A stretch of DNA of 64,000 nt, from the NCBI GenBank assembly GCA_029907315.1, contig JARYME010000002.1, positions 1,581 to 65,580 on the forward strand, read 5' to 3'. This DNA comes from Armatimonadota bacterium. Lineage in GTDB: Bacteria > Armatimonadota > UBA5829. Within the stretch, counting starts at the first letter, position 1. Every line of letters starts with the position of its first letter. Both the position numbers and the translations under genes were made by a program. The notes below the pieces were generated by a model, which was given only the letters and a program-made list of their open reading frames with translations, did no database searches and was not told the origin of the DNA. Of the stretch, positions 39,344-49,040 are shown in pieces.

Positions 39344-40399
39344 ATGTGCGAACGTGTGCGATGGAACATACTGTGCACGCTGGCTGCGGCAGCGATGGTC
39401 CAACACTGCTGTCTCGCTCAAAATGTCGTCTTGGTTGATGCTCCGCCTGTACAGTTTCCTGCGTCGACTGATTCCAACAGTCCGTGTCATTGGGACGGCA
39501 ATACCTTCTACATACTGAATTCACAGGGACATCCATTTCTAAGCAGCGGGCAGGACCAGTTTCATTTGGGCAAGCCGGTGCGGTGTGAGTTCGACAACAC
39601 AGTCAATGGTGGAAGATGGATCGAGTGCACTTGGAAAGCCGATGATGGTACGCTTTATGGATGGTATCACTTTGAACCTCGGGGAGTTTGCCCAGGCAGC
39701 AAGTTGACGGCTCCCAAGATTGGTGCTGCCAAGTCTACGGACAATGGCCTTCACTGGACGGATCTCGGTATAGTTATCGAGGCACCTCCGGAGGTCGATT
39801 GCGGTGCGAAAAACGGTTTCTTCGCCGGCGGCAATGGAGATTTTTGCTGCATGTTGGATCCTCAGAAGCGCTTTATGTATTTCTTTATCAGCACCTACAC
39901 TGGTGACCTCACTGAACAAGGAGTAGCTGTTGCCAGAATGGCATGGATACACCGAGATAATCCAGTGGGTAAGGTTTGGAAGTACCACAATGGAAAGTGG
40001 GATTCGCCTGGAATCGGCGGCCGTGTGACTGCTATCTTTCCTGCGAAAATTAGTTGGATGCGCGAGAACGCCGATGCGTTTTGGGGTCCTGCTGTTCATT
40101 GGAATACGTATCTCGGGTGTTACGTGATGTTTCTGAACCGCACGCGCTACAAGCCCGGCTGGCCACAAGAGGGTATCTACGTTAGTTTCAGCAAGGACAT
40201 TGGCGATCCCAAGAGTTGGTCTGAGCCCAAGAAGATACTTGATGGGGGATCTTGGTATCCACAGGTCATAGGATTGGATGCATCGCAAAAAGAAACCGAC
40301 AAACTCGTAGGCCGCCGAGCCAGATTCTATATGCACGGTCGTTCTGTGCACGAAATAATATTCCTCAAGCAGGGTGAGCAGTTTCCGATCCAAAAGTAG
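39344..40399 (+). CDS. secreted BNR/Asp-box-containing protein (possible glycoside hydrolase/sialidase-like)
   Basis: Signal peptide present. STDNGLHWTD fits the S-x-D-x-G-x-x-W Asp-box. Confidence 0.4.
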   Translation: MCERVRWNILCTLAAAAMVQHCCLAQNVVLVDAPPVQFPASTDSNSPCHWDGNTFYILNSQGHPFLSSGQDQFHLGKPVRCEFDNTVNGGRWIECTWKADDGTLYGWYHFEPRGVCPGSKLTAPKIGAAKSTDNGLHWTDLGIVIEAPPEVDCGAKNGFFAGGNGDFCCMLDPQKRFMYFFISTYTGDLTEQGVAVARMAWIHRDNPVGKVWKYHNGKWDSPGIGGRVTAIFPAKISWMRENADAFWGPAVHWNTYLGCYVMFLNRTRYKPGWPQEGIYVSFSKDIGDPKSWSEPKKILDGGSWYPQVIGLDASQKETDKLVGRRARFYMHGRSVHEIIFLKQGEQFPIQK

Positions 40400-40621
40400 T
40401 CTCTAACGAAGACTCACAAGCTGTCCAGCACATGATCGGAACTGCCGGCAGACTTCAAGAACATAATAATGACGCTTTTGGTGGAGGTGTGTAGCTCCGA
40501 ACCAATCTCGTCCGCTATCGTTTCAGTACATGAATGGCTGACGCTTGCGGGCTTGCGCAAAATGTCACAGATCGGCTTGACCTTATGGGCTTGCTGGTAT
40601 TAGCATGTTAGTGATCCGGCG

Positions 40622-40642
40622 TTCGGTAGTTTGACTACCGAA
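40622..40642 (+). promoter_or_regulatory. 9-3-9 perfect palindrome upstream of hdrC (candidate operator or 5'UTR hairpin)
   Basis: TTCGGTAGT-ttg-ACTACCGAA. A TTGACC...TGgTATTAG promoter-like element lies at 40577..40603. Confidence 0.35.
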
Positions 40643-40660
40643 TGTCGGCGCAAAGCAAAA

Positions 40661-41284
40661 ATGACCAATTTTTCGAACAAGGTGACAAGTTTGGTTTCAG
40701 AAAACGCTCAGTGCTGTTGTGAGCTTAGTTTGGTAGAGGGACCGACGGGATCTGAGCTCAAGCGCCGCATTCAGGAACTCTGCGGAGAGAACGTGCTTGA
40801 GTGCTACCAGTGCGGGGAGTGCACTGCCGGATGTCCTGTGGCGTACGCTATGGATATCGCTCCTAATCAAGTGCTTAGATTGGCGCAGCTTGGTTTGGAA
40901 GATGAGGTTTTGGGGAGCTCCGCGATTTGGCTATGTGCGGGATGTGAGACTTGTGCCACTCGATGTCCTAAGGGCGTAGCTCTCTCTAGGGTAATGGATG
41001 CTTGCCGGCAGCTGGCGCTTGAACGAGGCATTAAGCCCAAGGAGCCAGAGATAGCCAAGTTTCACGATCAGTTTCTGACGGAAGTGAAGCGGTTCGGCAG
41101 AGTGCACGAACTTACTCTGACTGCGTTGTATAAAGTGCGCACGAAAGACTTCTTCTCCGACGTGTTTACCGGCATTCAGATGTTCCTGAAAGGCAAGCTG
41201 GCTCTTATCCCTTCCCTTGTTAAGGGCAGGGACGAGATCAGAAGGCTCTTCTCGAGATCCAGACACGGCTCCGAGGATAGCTGA
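40661..41284 (+). CDS. hdrC: heterodisulfide reductase subunit C-like (HdrC)
   Basis: CYQCGECTAGCP and CAGCETCATRCP 4Fe-4S motifs. The start could be TTG 40631 or ATG 40661. Confidence 0.75.
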   Translation: MTNFSNKVTSLVSENAQCCCELSLVEGPTGSELKRRIQELCGENVLECYQCGECTAGCPVAYAMDIAPNQVLRLAQLGLEDEVLGSSAIWLCAGCETCATRCPKGVALSRVMDACRQLALERGIKPKEPEIAKFHDQFLTEVKRFGRVHELTLTALYKVRTKDFFSDVFTGIQMFLKGKLALIPSLVKGRDEIRRLFSRSRHGSEDS

Positions 41285-41420
41285 TTGCGAACCCCGCAGA
41301 ACACGTGTGTTTTGGCATGCGTCGCGGATCGCTTTGTTCCTATTAGATGTGAGTAGACTGTAATGTCGTTTGCCGACTACCGTACAACAAGGCGGTCGTA
41401 ACGGGATCTGAGGTCTAACT

Positions 41421-42317
41421 ATGAAATATGCTTACTACCCCGGCTGCAGCTTGGAGTCAACTGCAAAAGAGTTCGGCGAGTCTACCGTGCTCGTCGCCGA
41501 AGCCCTCGGAATAGAGCTGGTGGAGATACCGGATTGGAACTGCTGCGGAGCCACATCAGGCCACGCGCTGGACCACAAACTGAGTATAGCTCTTCCGGCT
41601 AGAACCCTTGGAATTGCTGAAAATATGGGGCTTGATGTGGTAGCTCCGTGTGCAGCTTGCTATAACAGAATGAAATCCGCGGAAGTAGCTATGAAGTCCG
41701 ACGAAGCACTCCGCAGTGAGATCAATTCAAGTCTAGCCAACCCGTATGAGGGCAAGATAACCGTACACTCCGCTCTTGAAATTTTTACCGCACCTGATGT
41801 GCTCAATAGGATCAAAGAGAGGGTCAGCTATCCCCTTCGCGGTCTTAAGCCCGCGTGCTACTATGGTTGCCTTCTACTTAGACCGCCGAAGATTGTGGGC
41901 TTCGACGACCCTGAAGCTCCGCAAAGGCTGGATGAGGCGATGTGTGCTGTGGGTGCCGAACCCGTGGAATGGTATTTTAAGAATGAGTGCTGCGGGGCAA
42001 GCTTGGGTATTTCAAAGAGCGCTGTTTCGGTCAAGTTAACGGGCGATATTATCTCCAACGCGAAAAAGCACGGAGCCAACTGCATCGTTACCGTTTGCCC
42101 GCTTTGCCTTACGAATCTCGAGATGCGGCAGGGGGCCGCAGGGAAAATGAGAGGCGAAGACCTTACGATGCCTGTCTTCTACTTTACGGAGCTTCTTGGG
42201 TTGGCTATGGAGGTGCCAGGGATCAGAAAGCTCTTTGCTAGCCACTTGGTTGATGTCAATCCTGCATTGGATGCCATAGAGCAGGGGGAACCAGTGCCGG
42301 CGGGTGCGGAAGGTTAA
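41421..42317 (+). CDS. hdrB: heterodisulfide reductase subunit B-like (HdrB, two CCG domains)
   Basis: MKYAYYPGCSLE...NCCGATSG and a second CCG domain (ECCGASLG). Confidence 0.8.
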   Translation: MKYAYYPGCSLESTAKEFGESTVLVAEALGIELVEIPDWNCCGATSGHALDHKLSIALPARTLGIAENMGLDVVAPCAACYNRMKSAEVAMKSDEALRSEINSSLANPYEGKITVHSALEIFTAPDVLNRIKERVSYPLRGLKPACYYGCLLLRPPKIVGFDDPEAPQRLDEAMCAVGAEPVEWYFKNECCGASLGISKSAVSVKLTGDIISNAKKHGANCIVTVCPLCLTNLEMRQGAAGKMRGEDLTMPVFYFTELLGLAMEVPGIRKLFASHLVDVNPALDAIEQGEPVPAGAEG

Positions 42318-42406
42318 TCTTGACCAACCGACAACGTGAAGTGCCTTCCGGCAGCGGTGTTAGTTCTGCCAACAACTAGACAAAGTAATGGAATTGAGAG
42401 ACCACT

Positions 42407-44422
42407 ATGAGAATCGGCGTATTTGTTTGTTGGTGTGGGTCTAATATTGCAAAAACGGTTGACGTGGAAAAGGTCGTTGAGGCGGCCCGCGAGATGCCCG
42501 GGGTCGTTTACGCGACGGACTATAAGTATATGTGCTCGGAACCCGGTCAGAACATGATCCAGGAAGCAATTCGCGAGCACAAACTAGACAGAATCGTTGT
42601 GGCATCATGTTCGCCTCGGCTGCACGAACCCACTTTTCAGCGTTGCGTCGAGGCTGCCGGACTTAATCCCTACATGGTCGAGATGGCGAACATACGGGAG
42701 CAGTGCTCGTGGGTACATGAGCGCACGCCGGAGGCGACGCAGCATGCCATCGACTTGGTGAGAATGGCCGTGGCGAAGGTCGCCAAGAACGAGCCTCTGA
42801 GTAGGTCCAAACTGGACATTACCCGCAGGGCTCTCGTGATAGGCGGAGGAGTTGCAGGCATCCAGGCTGCATTGGATATTGCCGATGCGGGTTACCCTGT
42901 TGTTCTTGTGGAACGCACGCCGTCCATCGGCGGTCATATGGCACAGTACGACAAGACCTTCCCGACGCTCGACTGCGCTGCCTGCATATTGACTCCGAAG
43001 ATGGTAGACTGTGCCAGCCATCCGCTGATTGAGATCTGGAGCTACTCTGAAGTAGAAGAGGTCAACGGTTTCGTTGGCAACTTCGAGGTGAAGATTCGCA
43101 GACGTGCGAAAAGCGTGGACGAGTCAAAGTGCACAGGTTGCGGACTGTGTCTCGAGAAATGTCCGGTGAAGGGGATTCCAAGCGAGTTCGACGAGGGTAC
43201 GGGTACACGCCGAGCCATTTACAGGCCATTTCCGCAGGCTGTGCCGAACAAGCCAGTTATCGATCGTGAACACTGCAGATACTTTCAAACTGGTAAGTGT
43301 GGGGTCTGTCAGAAGATATGTCCCGTGGGAGCGATTGATTACGAGCAGCAGGACCAGGTCGTGACTGAAAAGTTTGGCGCGATCGTTGTGGCGACAGGCT
43401 TTGACGTGTGGCGCGATGAACAAGCAATGGCACAGTTTGGGTACGGCAAGTATCCCGACGTGATATCATCACTTCAGTTCGAGAGGCTGATGAATGCTTC
43501 CGGCCCCACCGACGGCAAGATCGTTCGACCGTCGGATGGGAAGGTGCCCCGCTCTATAGCGTTCATATCATGTGTCGGCAGCCGCGATGAGGTTCACGGC
43601 TATCCGTACTGCTCCAAGGTCTGTTGCATGTACAACGCCAAGCAAGCCTTGCTGGCGAAGGACAAGCTGCACGACGTCCAGACATATGTGTTCTATATGG
43701 ACATTCGAGCAAACGGCAAGGGTTACGAGGAATTTGTACGACGGGCTATCGAGGAATATGGAGCCAATTACATAAGAGGTAGAGTTTCGCGGGTATATCC
43801 AGACGGAGATCAGCTTGTGGTTAAGGGCGCGGATACTTTGCTCGGCAGGCCCCTGGAAGTCCGTGTCGATCTTGTCGTTCTTGCCACTGCTATGAAGCCG
43901 CACGACGATGCCAAGGAACTGGCTCGCAAGCTGGGAATCTCGACCGATCAGTACGATTGGTTTTCGGAGGCGCATCCAAAGCTACGTCCCGTGGAGGTGC
44001 TCACCGACGGTATTTATCTGGCAGGTGCGTGTCAGTATCCAAAGGATATTCCGGACACAGTTGCACAGGCAAGCGGCGCTGCTTCGAAGGTGATAGGGTT
44101 GTTCAGCAAAGAGGCGATCCTGTCTGAGGCGATGACGGCGTTTGTGAATGAAGATACTTGCGTGGGGTGTGGTCTGTGCGCTGAGGTGTGCCCATTTGGC
44201 GCGATTGATTTGGTGGAAGTTGTCGACCGCGAGAAATCAACGCGTGATAACCAGGTAATGAAGACGGTTGCCAGGGTTAACGAGGGAGTCTGCAAAGGCT
44301 GCGGAACCTGCGCGGCGGCTTGTCGAAGTGGATCAGCCAGGCTCAGAGGCTTCGATACCAAGCAAATCCTGGCTGAGATCGATGCACTGGCAGATGCGGC
44401 GCTTAGCAGCAAGAGGCTCTAG
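42407..44422 (+). CDS. hdrA: heterodisulfide reductase subunit A-like flavoprotein (HdrA)
   Basis: N-terminal Cys cluster (VCWCGSN) and FAD motif VIGGGVAGIQAA. Inserted CxxCxxCxxxCP ferredoxin domains and C-terminal dicluster. Size is 671 aa with no in-frame TGA. Confidence 0.8.
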   Translation: MRIGVFVCWCGSNIAKTVDVEKVVEAAREMPGVVYATDYKYMCSEPGQNMIQEAIREHKLDRIVVASCSPRLHEPTFQRCVEAAGLNPYMVEMANIREQCSWVHERTPEATQHAIDLVRMAVAKVAKNEPLSRSKLDITRRALVIGGGVAGIQAALDIADAGYPVVLVERTPSIGGHMAQYDKTFPTLDCAACILTPKMVDCASHPLIEIWSYSEVEEVNGFVGNFEVKIRRRAKSVDESKCTGCGLCLEKCPVKGIPSEFDEGTGTRRAIYRPFPQAVPNKPVIDREHCRYFQTGKCGVCQKICPVGAIDYEQQDQVVTEKFGAIVVATGFDVWRDEQAMAQFGYGKYPDVISSLQFERLMNASGPTDGKIVRPSDGKVPRSIAFISCVGSRDEVHGYPYCSKVCCMYNAKQALLAKDKLHDVQTYVFYMDIRANGKGYEEFVRRAIEEYGANYIRGRVSRVYPDGDQLVVKGADTLLGRPLEVRVDLVVLATAMKPHDDAKELARKLGISTDQYDWFSEAHPKLRPVEVLTDGIYLAGACQYPKDIPDTVAQASGAASKVIGLFSKEAILSEAMTAFVNEDTCVGCGLCAEVCPFGAIDLVEVVDREKSTRDNQVMKTVARVNEGVCKGCGTCAAACRSGSARLRGFDTKQILAEIDALADAALSSKRL

Positions 44423-44481
44423 ATCTCGGCCTGTAAGTATAAGTAATAGGCTGGGCACGCAATGGTTTGGGGAGGAGCTGA

Positions 44482-45399
44482 TTGTTTAGGTATTATGCAG
44501 CCGCGATAGTACTGAAGTTATTGTCAAGTTCCAGACTGGGGAGAGAGTTTTACAGACGCGTTCTGGGGAACGTCTTTGGAAACAGAAGGCGAGCTAAAAA
44601 AGGCTTGCACCCTTCATATATCGAGCACGCAAAGGAACTTCTGGATTGTTGCAGGAAGTATCAAGCCGTTGAAGACGGTTATCACTTGCTCGAAATAGGC
44701 ACGGGGTGGATGCATTTTTACAGTTTGTTCTTGCGTTTGTTCTTCGACGTTCGAGTAACAATGGTAGATGCGTGGGACAATCGCCAAATGTTGGCTCTCA
44801 AGAGATACTTTGCTGATCTTGAACAAGTCTTGGATAAGCGCTTTAGTCTTAGCGACGAAGAGCTAGCTCGTGCCCGTGCAACAATTGGTTGTATTGCCAG
44901 GGCTTGTAGCTTCGAGGAGTTATATGAGTCTCTGGGGTTGGAATATGTCATCGATCCAACGTTGAGTACCCTGAGCGACCGGTCCTTTGATTTCGTGTTT
45001 AGTCAGGGAGTTCTGGAGCACGTTAGGCTGGAAGATCTACCAACGCAGATAGCAAATATGGGTCGAGTGCTGAGGCCCGGTGGTATACAGTTTCATCACA
45101 TAGGGATTGGTGACCATTTGGCAAGCTATGATCGCTCAGCTTCACTGAAGCAGTATATTTCGTATCCTGAATGGATATACAAATTGCTTCTCAACAACCA
45201 GTTGCAGTACATAAATAGAGTTCAGAAGTCAGAATTTCACCGGATGTTCACTGAATCCGGTATGGAAGTCTTGGAAGAGAGAGCTTTCGACTGTGACATT
45301 TCGAAGCTTAGACCGAGAGGGCGTTTTCAGGGGTATAGTTCCGAGGATCTGAGGTGTTTTGCTGTCACGTTTGTCCTTCGGAAACCCGTGCATTGCTAA
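44482..45399 (+). CDS. class I SAM-dependent methyltransferase
   Basis: LEIGTGW (motif I) and FDFVFSQGVLEHV (Methyltransf_11-like). TTG start with a GGGGAGGAG RBS. Confidence 0.55.
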   Translation: MFRYYAAAIVLKLLSSSRLGREFYRRVLGNVFGNRRRAKKGLHPSYIEHAKELLDCCRKYQAVEDGYHLLEIGTGWMHFYSLFLRLFFDVRVTMVDAWDNRQMLALKRYFADLEQVLDKRFSLSDEELARARATIGCIARACSFEELYESLGLEYVIDPTLSTLSDRSFDFVFSQGVLEHVRLEDLPTQIANMGRVLRPGGIQFHHIGIGDHLASYDRSASLKQYISYPEWIYKLLLNNQLQYINRVQKSEFHRMFTESGMEVLEERAFDCDISKLRPRGRFQGYSSEDLRCFAVTFVLRKPVHC

Positions 45400-45545
45400 A
45401 CCTATCCGAGGGTAAGCCCAGCACAAGTTTCTTTCTAGCTGTTGGTTGCTTTTTGCGGTTGCGCAATTGCCTTGCGTTAGGGATTAGGCCATTCCAAAAG
45501 GAGCGGGTTTAGAGCACCATATAGCTCGGAAACGAGTGTTCTCTC

Positions 45546-46379
45546 ATGCATATCGAGATCCGAAACGTGAAATCAGTTATATGTCATAGTCTGCAGGTTC
45601 TGCTTATTGGAGTCTTGCTTTGCTCGAGGGCACTGGCTGCCGAGCTCACGCCGATTCCTTGCGCCGTCGGCAACAAGTGGGAATACGACACAGTAAAACT
45701 GGTTCGTGCCACTCTCCGATTTGACGGTAGGACGTTGTCCGCGTTTCGAGATGCGAGCTACGGTAGTTCCGTTTACGAAGTCATTGGAGCCGATACGAAA
45801 GATGGTGTCCCAGTGTACGATTACAGGGAGATCACACGTACCTGGTCGGCAAGTGGAGGTGACACCCATTCGGAAACTACGGAGCTGAAGATTGTGGGCG
45901 AGAACGGTGTCCTGCGAATACTGTCCTCACGCACTGAGTCGTCCAGCGAGAATGAGCCCGACAAGCAGGAATACGATCCGCCACTGCTCTATTTCAGTGC
46001 TGCGGAAGCCGTAGCCGCAAAGTCTTGGAACGTAGGAGTAATGCGCGAGCGCGAGACGAAGTGCACTATGTCCGCGCGGGGAGTCGGACGAGAGACCGTA
46101 ATCGTGCCCGCCGGTACGTTTGCAGATTGTCTGAAAGTGGTGTATTCGGGGGACAACGTATCCGGCACGATGGATCTTTGGAATAAGCCGTTCACAATAA
46201 CTGGTGGACGGAGCTGTGGGGTCTATTGGATCGCCGAAGGTATAGGGGTCGTAAAGGAACTCGAAGTCGCTACTACTATTGCGGAAACCGACGGTCCAGG
46301 AGGCGAAAAATTAACTCTTGAGGCGGCATCGTGCACGGTAAGTGAGCTCAAACCAGGTTACGTCATAAGAAAGAAGTAG
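45546..46379 (+). CDS. secreted hypothetical protein
   Basis: Signal peptide (LLIGVLLCSRALAAE). No recognizable catalytic motifs. Confidence 0.45.
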   Translation: MHIEIRNVKSVICHSLQVLLIGVLLCSRALAAELTPIPCAVGNKWEYDTVKLVRATLRFDGRTLSAFRDASYGSSVYEVIGADTKDGVPVYDYREITRTWSASGGDTHSETTELKIVGENGVLRILSSRTESSSENEPDKQEYDPPLLYFSAAEAVAAKSWNVGVMRERETKCTMSARGVGRETVIVPAGTFADCLKVVYSGDNVSGTMDLWNKPFTITGGRSCGVYWIAEGIGVVKELEVATTIAETDGPGGEKLTLEAASCTVSELKPGYVIRKK

Positions 46380-46409
46380 ACTATTGCGAGATACTCCAAT
46401 AAGAGAGAT

Positions 46410-46919
46410 TTGGGAATCGATATGAGCGAAGATAGCACTTTGGTACAAGAGAGAACTGAACAGGAAACCAAAGAATCCGCCGAGCAGGGTCGCACTTGGC
46501 AGCCGATAATTCTGGGCATTCTTTGCAATTGGTGTAGCTACGCGGGAGCGGATTTGGCAGGAAGTTCGAGACTGCAGTATCCAGAGACAGTTAGAATAAT
46601 CCGGGTGCCGTGTTCCGGACGTGTTGACCCAGCATTTGTTCTCAAGGCGTTTCGCAAAGGCTTCGATGGGGTAATGGTTCTTGGTTGTCATCCCGGAGAC
46701 TGTCATTACGCGAAAGGCAACTATTACGCCCGTCGCAGAATCGCGCTTCTGCAGGACCTGTTGAAAGCGCTCGGATTGCCGGAAGAACGATTCCATTTCG
46801 AGTGGGTCTCAGCTTCTGAAGGCAATAGATTTGCTGAGCTGGTTCAGGAATTTACGGAACAAATCAGGCGGCTGGGTCCTTTCAAAGGCGTGGTGGCAGT
46901 GGAGAACAAATCATCATAG
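46410..46919 (+). CDS. mvhD: MvhD/FlxD-type hydrogenase iron-sulfur subunit D
   Basis: LGILCNWCSYAGADLAG...RVPCSGRVDP...GCHPGDCHY is the MvhD signature. An alternative start is the ATG at 46422. Confidence 0.75.
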   Translation: MGIDMSEDSTLVQERTEQETKESAEQGRTWQPIILGILCNWCSYAGADLAGSSRLQYPETVRIIRVPCSGRVDPAFVLKAFRKGFDGVMVLGCHPGDCHYAKGNYYARRRIALLQDLLKALGLPEERFHFEWVSASEGNRFAELVQEFTEQIRRLGPFKGVVAVENKSS

Positions 46920-46944
46920 GCAATATCCAGAGTGGTAGACTGCA

Positions 46945-47892
46945 ATGACCGAAATAGAGAGCAGAATACGCGAAGAAGCAAAGAAAGTTCTGGAAAACGG
47001 TTTGGTAGATTTGGTAATCGGATGGGCGGCTGGGAGCGTGCCGTTTAGGACGACCCCAGTGTTTATCGACAACGCTCAAGACGTCGACAAGCTCGTTTGG
47101 AACCCGGTGTGCGCGAACAACTTGGCGGTCTATCTGCCTAAGATGGCAAAGAACCGTAAAGTGGCAATAGTCGCCAAGCCGTGCGATATAAGAAGTATTG
47201 TGGCGTTGATTCAAGAAAACCAGGTGAAGCGCGAGAACCTGTACATAATCGGCCTTGGGTGTGCGGGCGTAGTTGATCCTTCAAAGTTAGAATCGGCGGC
47301 GATCAGACTTTCCGATATCAAGGCTCTTGAATGGGAGGGCGAAGGTATTAGGATCGTGACGGTAGACGGCGAACAAGTACTCAGGTCTACCGAAGTACAT
47401 CGTGAAATGTGTTTAGCTTGCACCAAGCGTGAGCCGGCGTTGTACGATGTTAAATTTGGTGAGGCTGTCCTCCCGTCGCAAATCAAACCTCGTGAGCTGC
47501 CGGAATTACCTGAGGAGAGACAAAAATACTGGAGCGAGCAGTTTTCGAAGTGCATACGATGCTACGCGTGTCGGCAGATTTGCCCAAACTGTTATTGTGA
47601 GGTTTGTTTTGCTGATCGCGTTGAGCCGAAATGGACCGCCAAGAAGGCAGTCCCTGAGGAGAATTGGATGTTTCATGCTACCCGTGCTATGCACCTAGCA
47701 GGCAGGTGTATCCAGTGTGGTGAATGTGAAAGGGTTTGCCCGGTCGGAATCCGCATTGCTGAGCTTATGCGTGAGATGGCTGAGGCAGTGAAGAATAAAT
47801 ACGATTACGAAGCTGGCGATCCGAAGGAAGAAGCGCCACTGCTGGGCACATTTCGCGAGAATGATATAGATCCGGCGCAGCATTCTGAGTAG
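46945..47892 (+). CDS. FrhB/FdhB-like Fe-S protein (FlxC-like)
   Basis: The N-terminal domain resembles the coenzyme F420 hydrogenase beta-subunit family (VAIVAKPCDIRS). C-terminal CIRCYACRQICP and CIQCGECERVCP clusters are present. Confidence 0.6.
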   Translation: MTEIESRIREEAKKVLENGLVDLVIGWAAGSVPFRTTPVFIDNAQDVDKLVWNPVCANNLAVYLPKMAKNRKVAIVAKPCDIRSIVALIQENQVKRENLYIIGLGCAGVVDPSKLESAAIRLSDIKALEWEGEGIRIVTVDGEQVLRSTEVHREMCLACTKREPALYDVKFGEAVLPSQIKPRELPELPEERQKYWSEQFSKCIRCYACRQICPNCYCEVCFADRVEPKWTAKKAVPEENWMFHATRAMHLAGRCIQCGECERVCPVGIRIAELMREMAEAVKNKYDYEAGDPKEEAPLLGTFRENDIDPAQHSE

Positions 47893-47971
47893 TAAACCGT
47901 TAGTCTTACAGTTATATTTAGATCGCCAGTTGACTGCACTATGGCTTAGTTAGAGAAACGGGTTTTAGGAA

Positions 47972-49009
47972 ATGGCTGACAAGATCTTACCGAAAGACAA
48001 AACAGAGGGATTCATCCAAGCTCTAGGGAGGAAGTTTGTTGTTGTTGCTCCTGTGGAGCGCAAAGATGCTCCCGCCGAATTCAAGGAGATCGGTGCAGGC
48101 GACAAGGTCATTCTAGACGGCAGTCAAATGATGATGCCGCCTAAGGATTACCTTCTGCCGCGTTACGAGACGCTGCTGAAGGTCAGCACGAGACCCGGCG
48201 AGGTCGAGGTGCAGCCTGTTCTACCGGACGAGAAGCCACGGGTGATGCTCGGCATGTGGCTGCCGGACGCGCAGGCAATTCAGGTACTCGACAAGGTTTT
48301 CCTCGAAGGTAAGTTCAGAGATCCTTACTATGCGGCACGCCGTGCGAACACCATGCTTGTAGCGGTTATGCCGGCTCAAATGCGGTGGAGTTGGTTCTGT
48401 GCGTCGACTGATGATGTTGAAAAGTGGAAGCCCAACGTCGACGCCATTATGTACGATCTCGGAGATCGATTCTACATTGAGGTGACCTCTCCGCGCGGCG
48501 AGGCACTTGTTGAATGGGAAGGTCTAGCTGAGCCGTCGAGTGAGGATGTTGCAGGTAAGGACAGGCTCTGGGAACAGTTCAAGTCCCATGGTGTGCTGCC
48601 GTTTTCCGATGGCAAGTTCTACGAGCAATTGGCGTGGGATCATCCGATATGGGCTGAGATTGCTCAGAAATGCATTGGCTGCGGTGTCTGCAGCTATATG
48701 TGTCCAAGCTGTTCGTGCTTTGACATTCAGGACGAAGTTTGTGGCACATGCGTGGAGCGGTATCGCTGCCGTGATACCTGCCAGTTCGAAGATTTTACGC
48801 TAATGGGCTCAGGCCACAATCCTCGACCGGACCAGCTACCTCGCTCGCGGCAGCGGCTGATGCACAAGTTCAAGTACCAGCACGAGCAGTACGGAGTAGT
48901 CGGATGTACGGGTTGTGGCAGATGCGTTGAGCTATGCCCCGTTAACGTAGATATTCGCGAAGTCCTCAATAAAGTATGTGCTGAGAAAGAACCAGAACCG
49001 GCAGTCTAG
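47972..49009 (+). CDS. AsrA/HydB-like 4Fe-4S protein (FlxB-like)
   Basis: About 345 aa. CIGCGVCSYMCPSC and CTGCGRCVELCP motifs; architecture like anaerobic sulfite reductase subunit A/sulfhydrogenase beta. Confidence 0.6.
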   Translation: MADKILPKDKTEGFIQALGRKFVVVAPVERKDAPAEFKEIGAGDKVILDGSQMMMPPKDYLLPRYETLLKVSTRPGEVEVQPVLPDEKPRVMLGMWLPDAQAIQVLDKVFLEGKFRDPYYAARRANTMLVAVMPAQMRWSWFCASTDDVEKWKPNVDAIMYDLGDRFYIEVTSPRGEALVEWEGLAEPSSEDVAGKDRLWEQFKSHGVLPFSDGKFYEQLAWDHPIWAEIAQKCIGCGVCSYMCPSCSCFDIQDEVCGTCVERYRCRDTCQFEDFTLMGSGHNPRPDQLPRSRQRLMHKFKYQHEQYGVVGCTGCGRCVELCPVNVDIREVLNKVCAEKEPEPAV

Positions 49010-49040
49010 CAACTTCGCAGGCAGAAACCTAGAAAACCGC

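Noticed and set aside
42407-44422. Possible selenocysteine (in-frame TGA) in HdrA
   Set aside because: The ORF is uninterrupted over 671 codons and no in-frame TGA is present.
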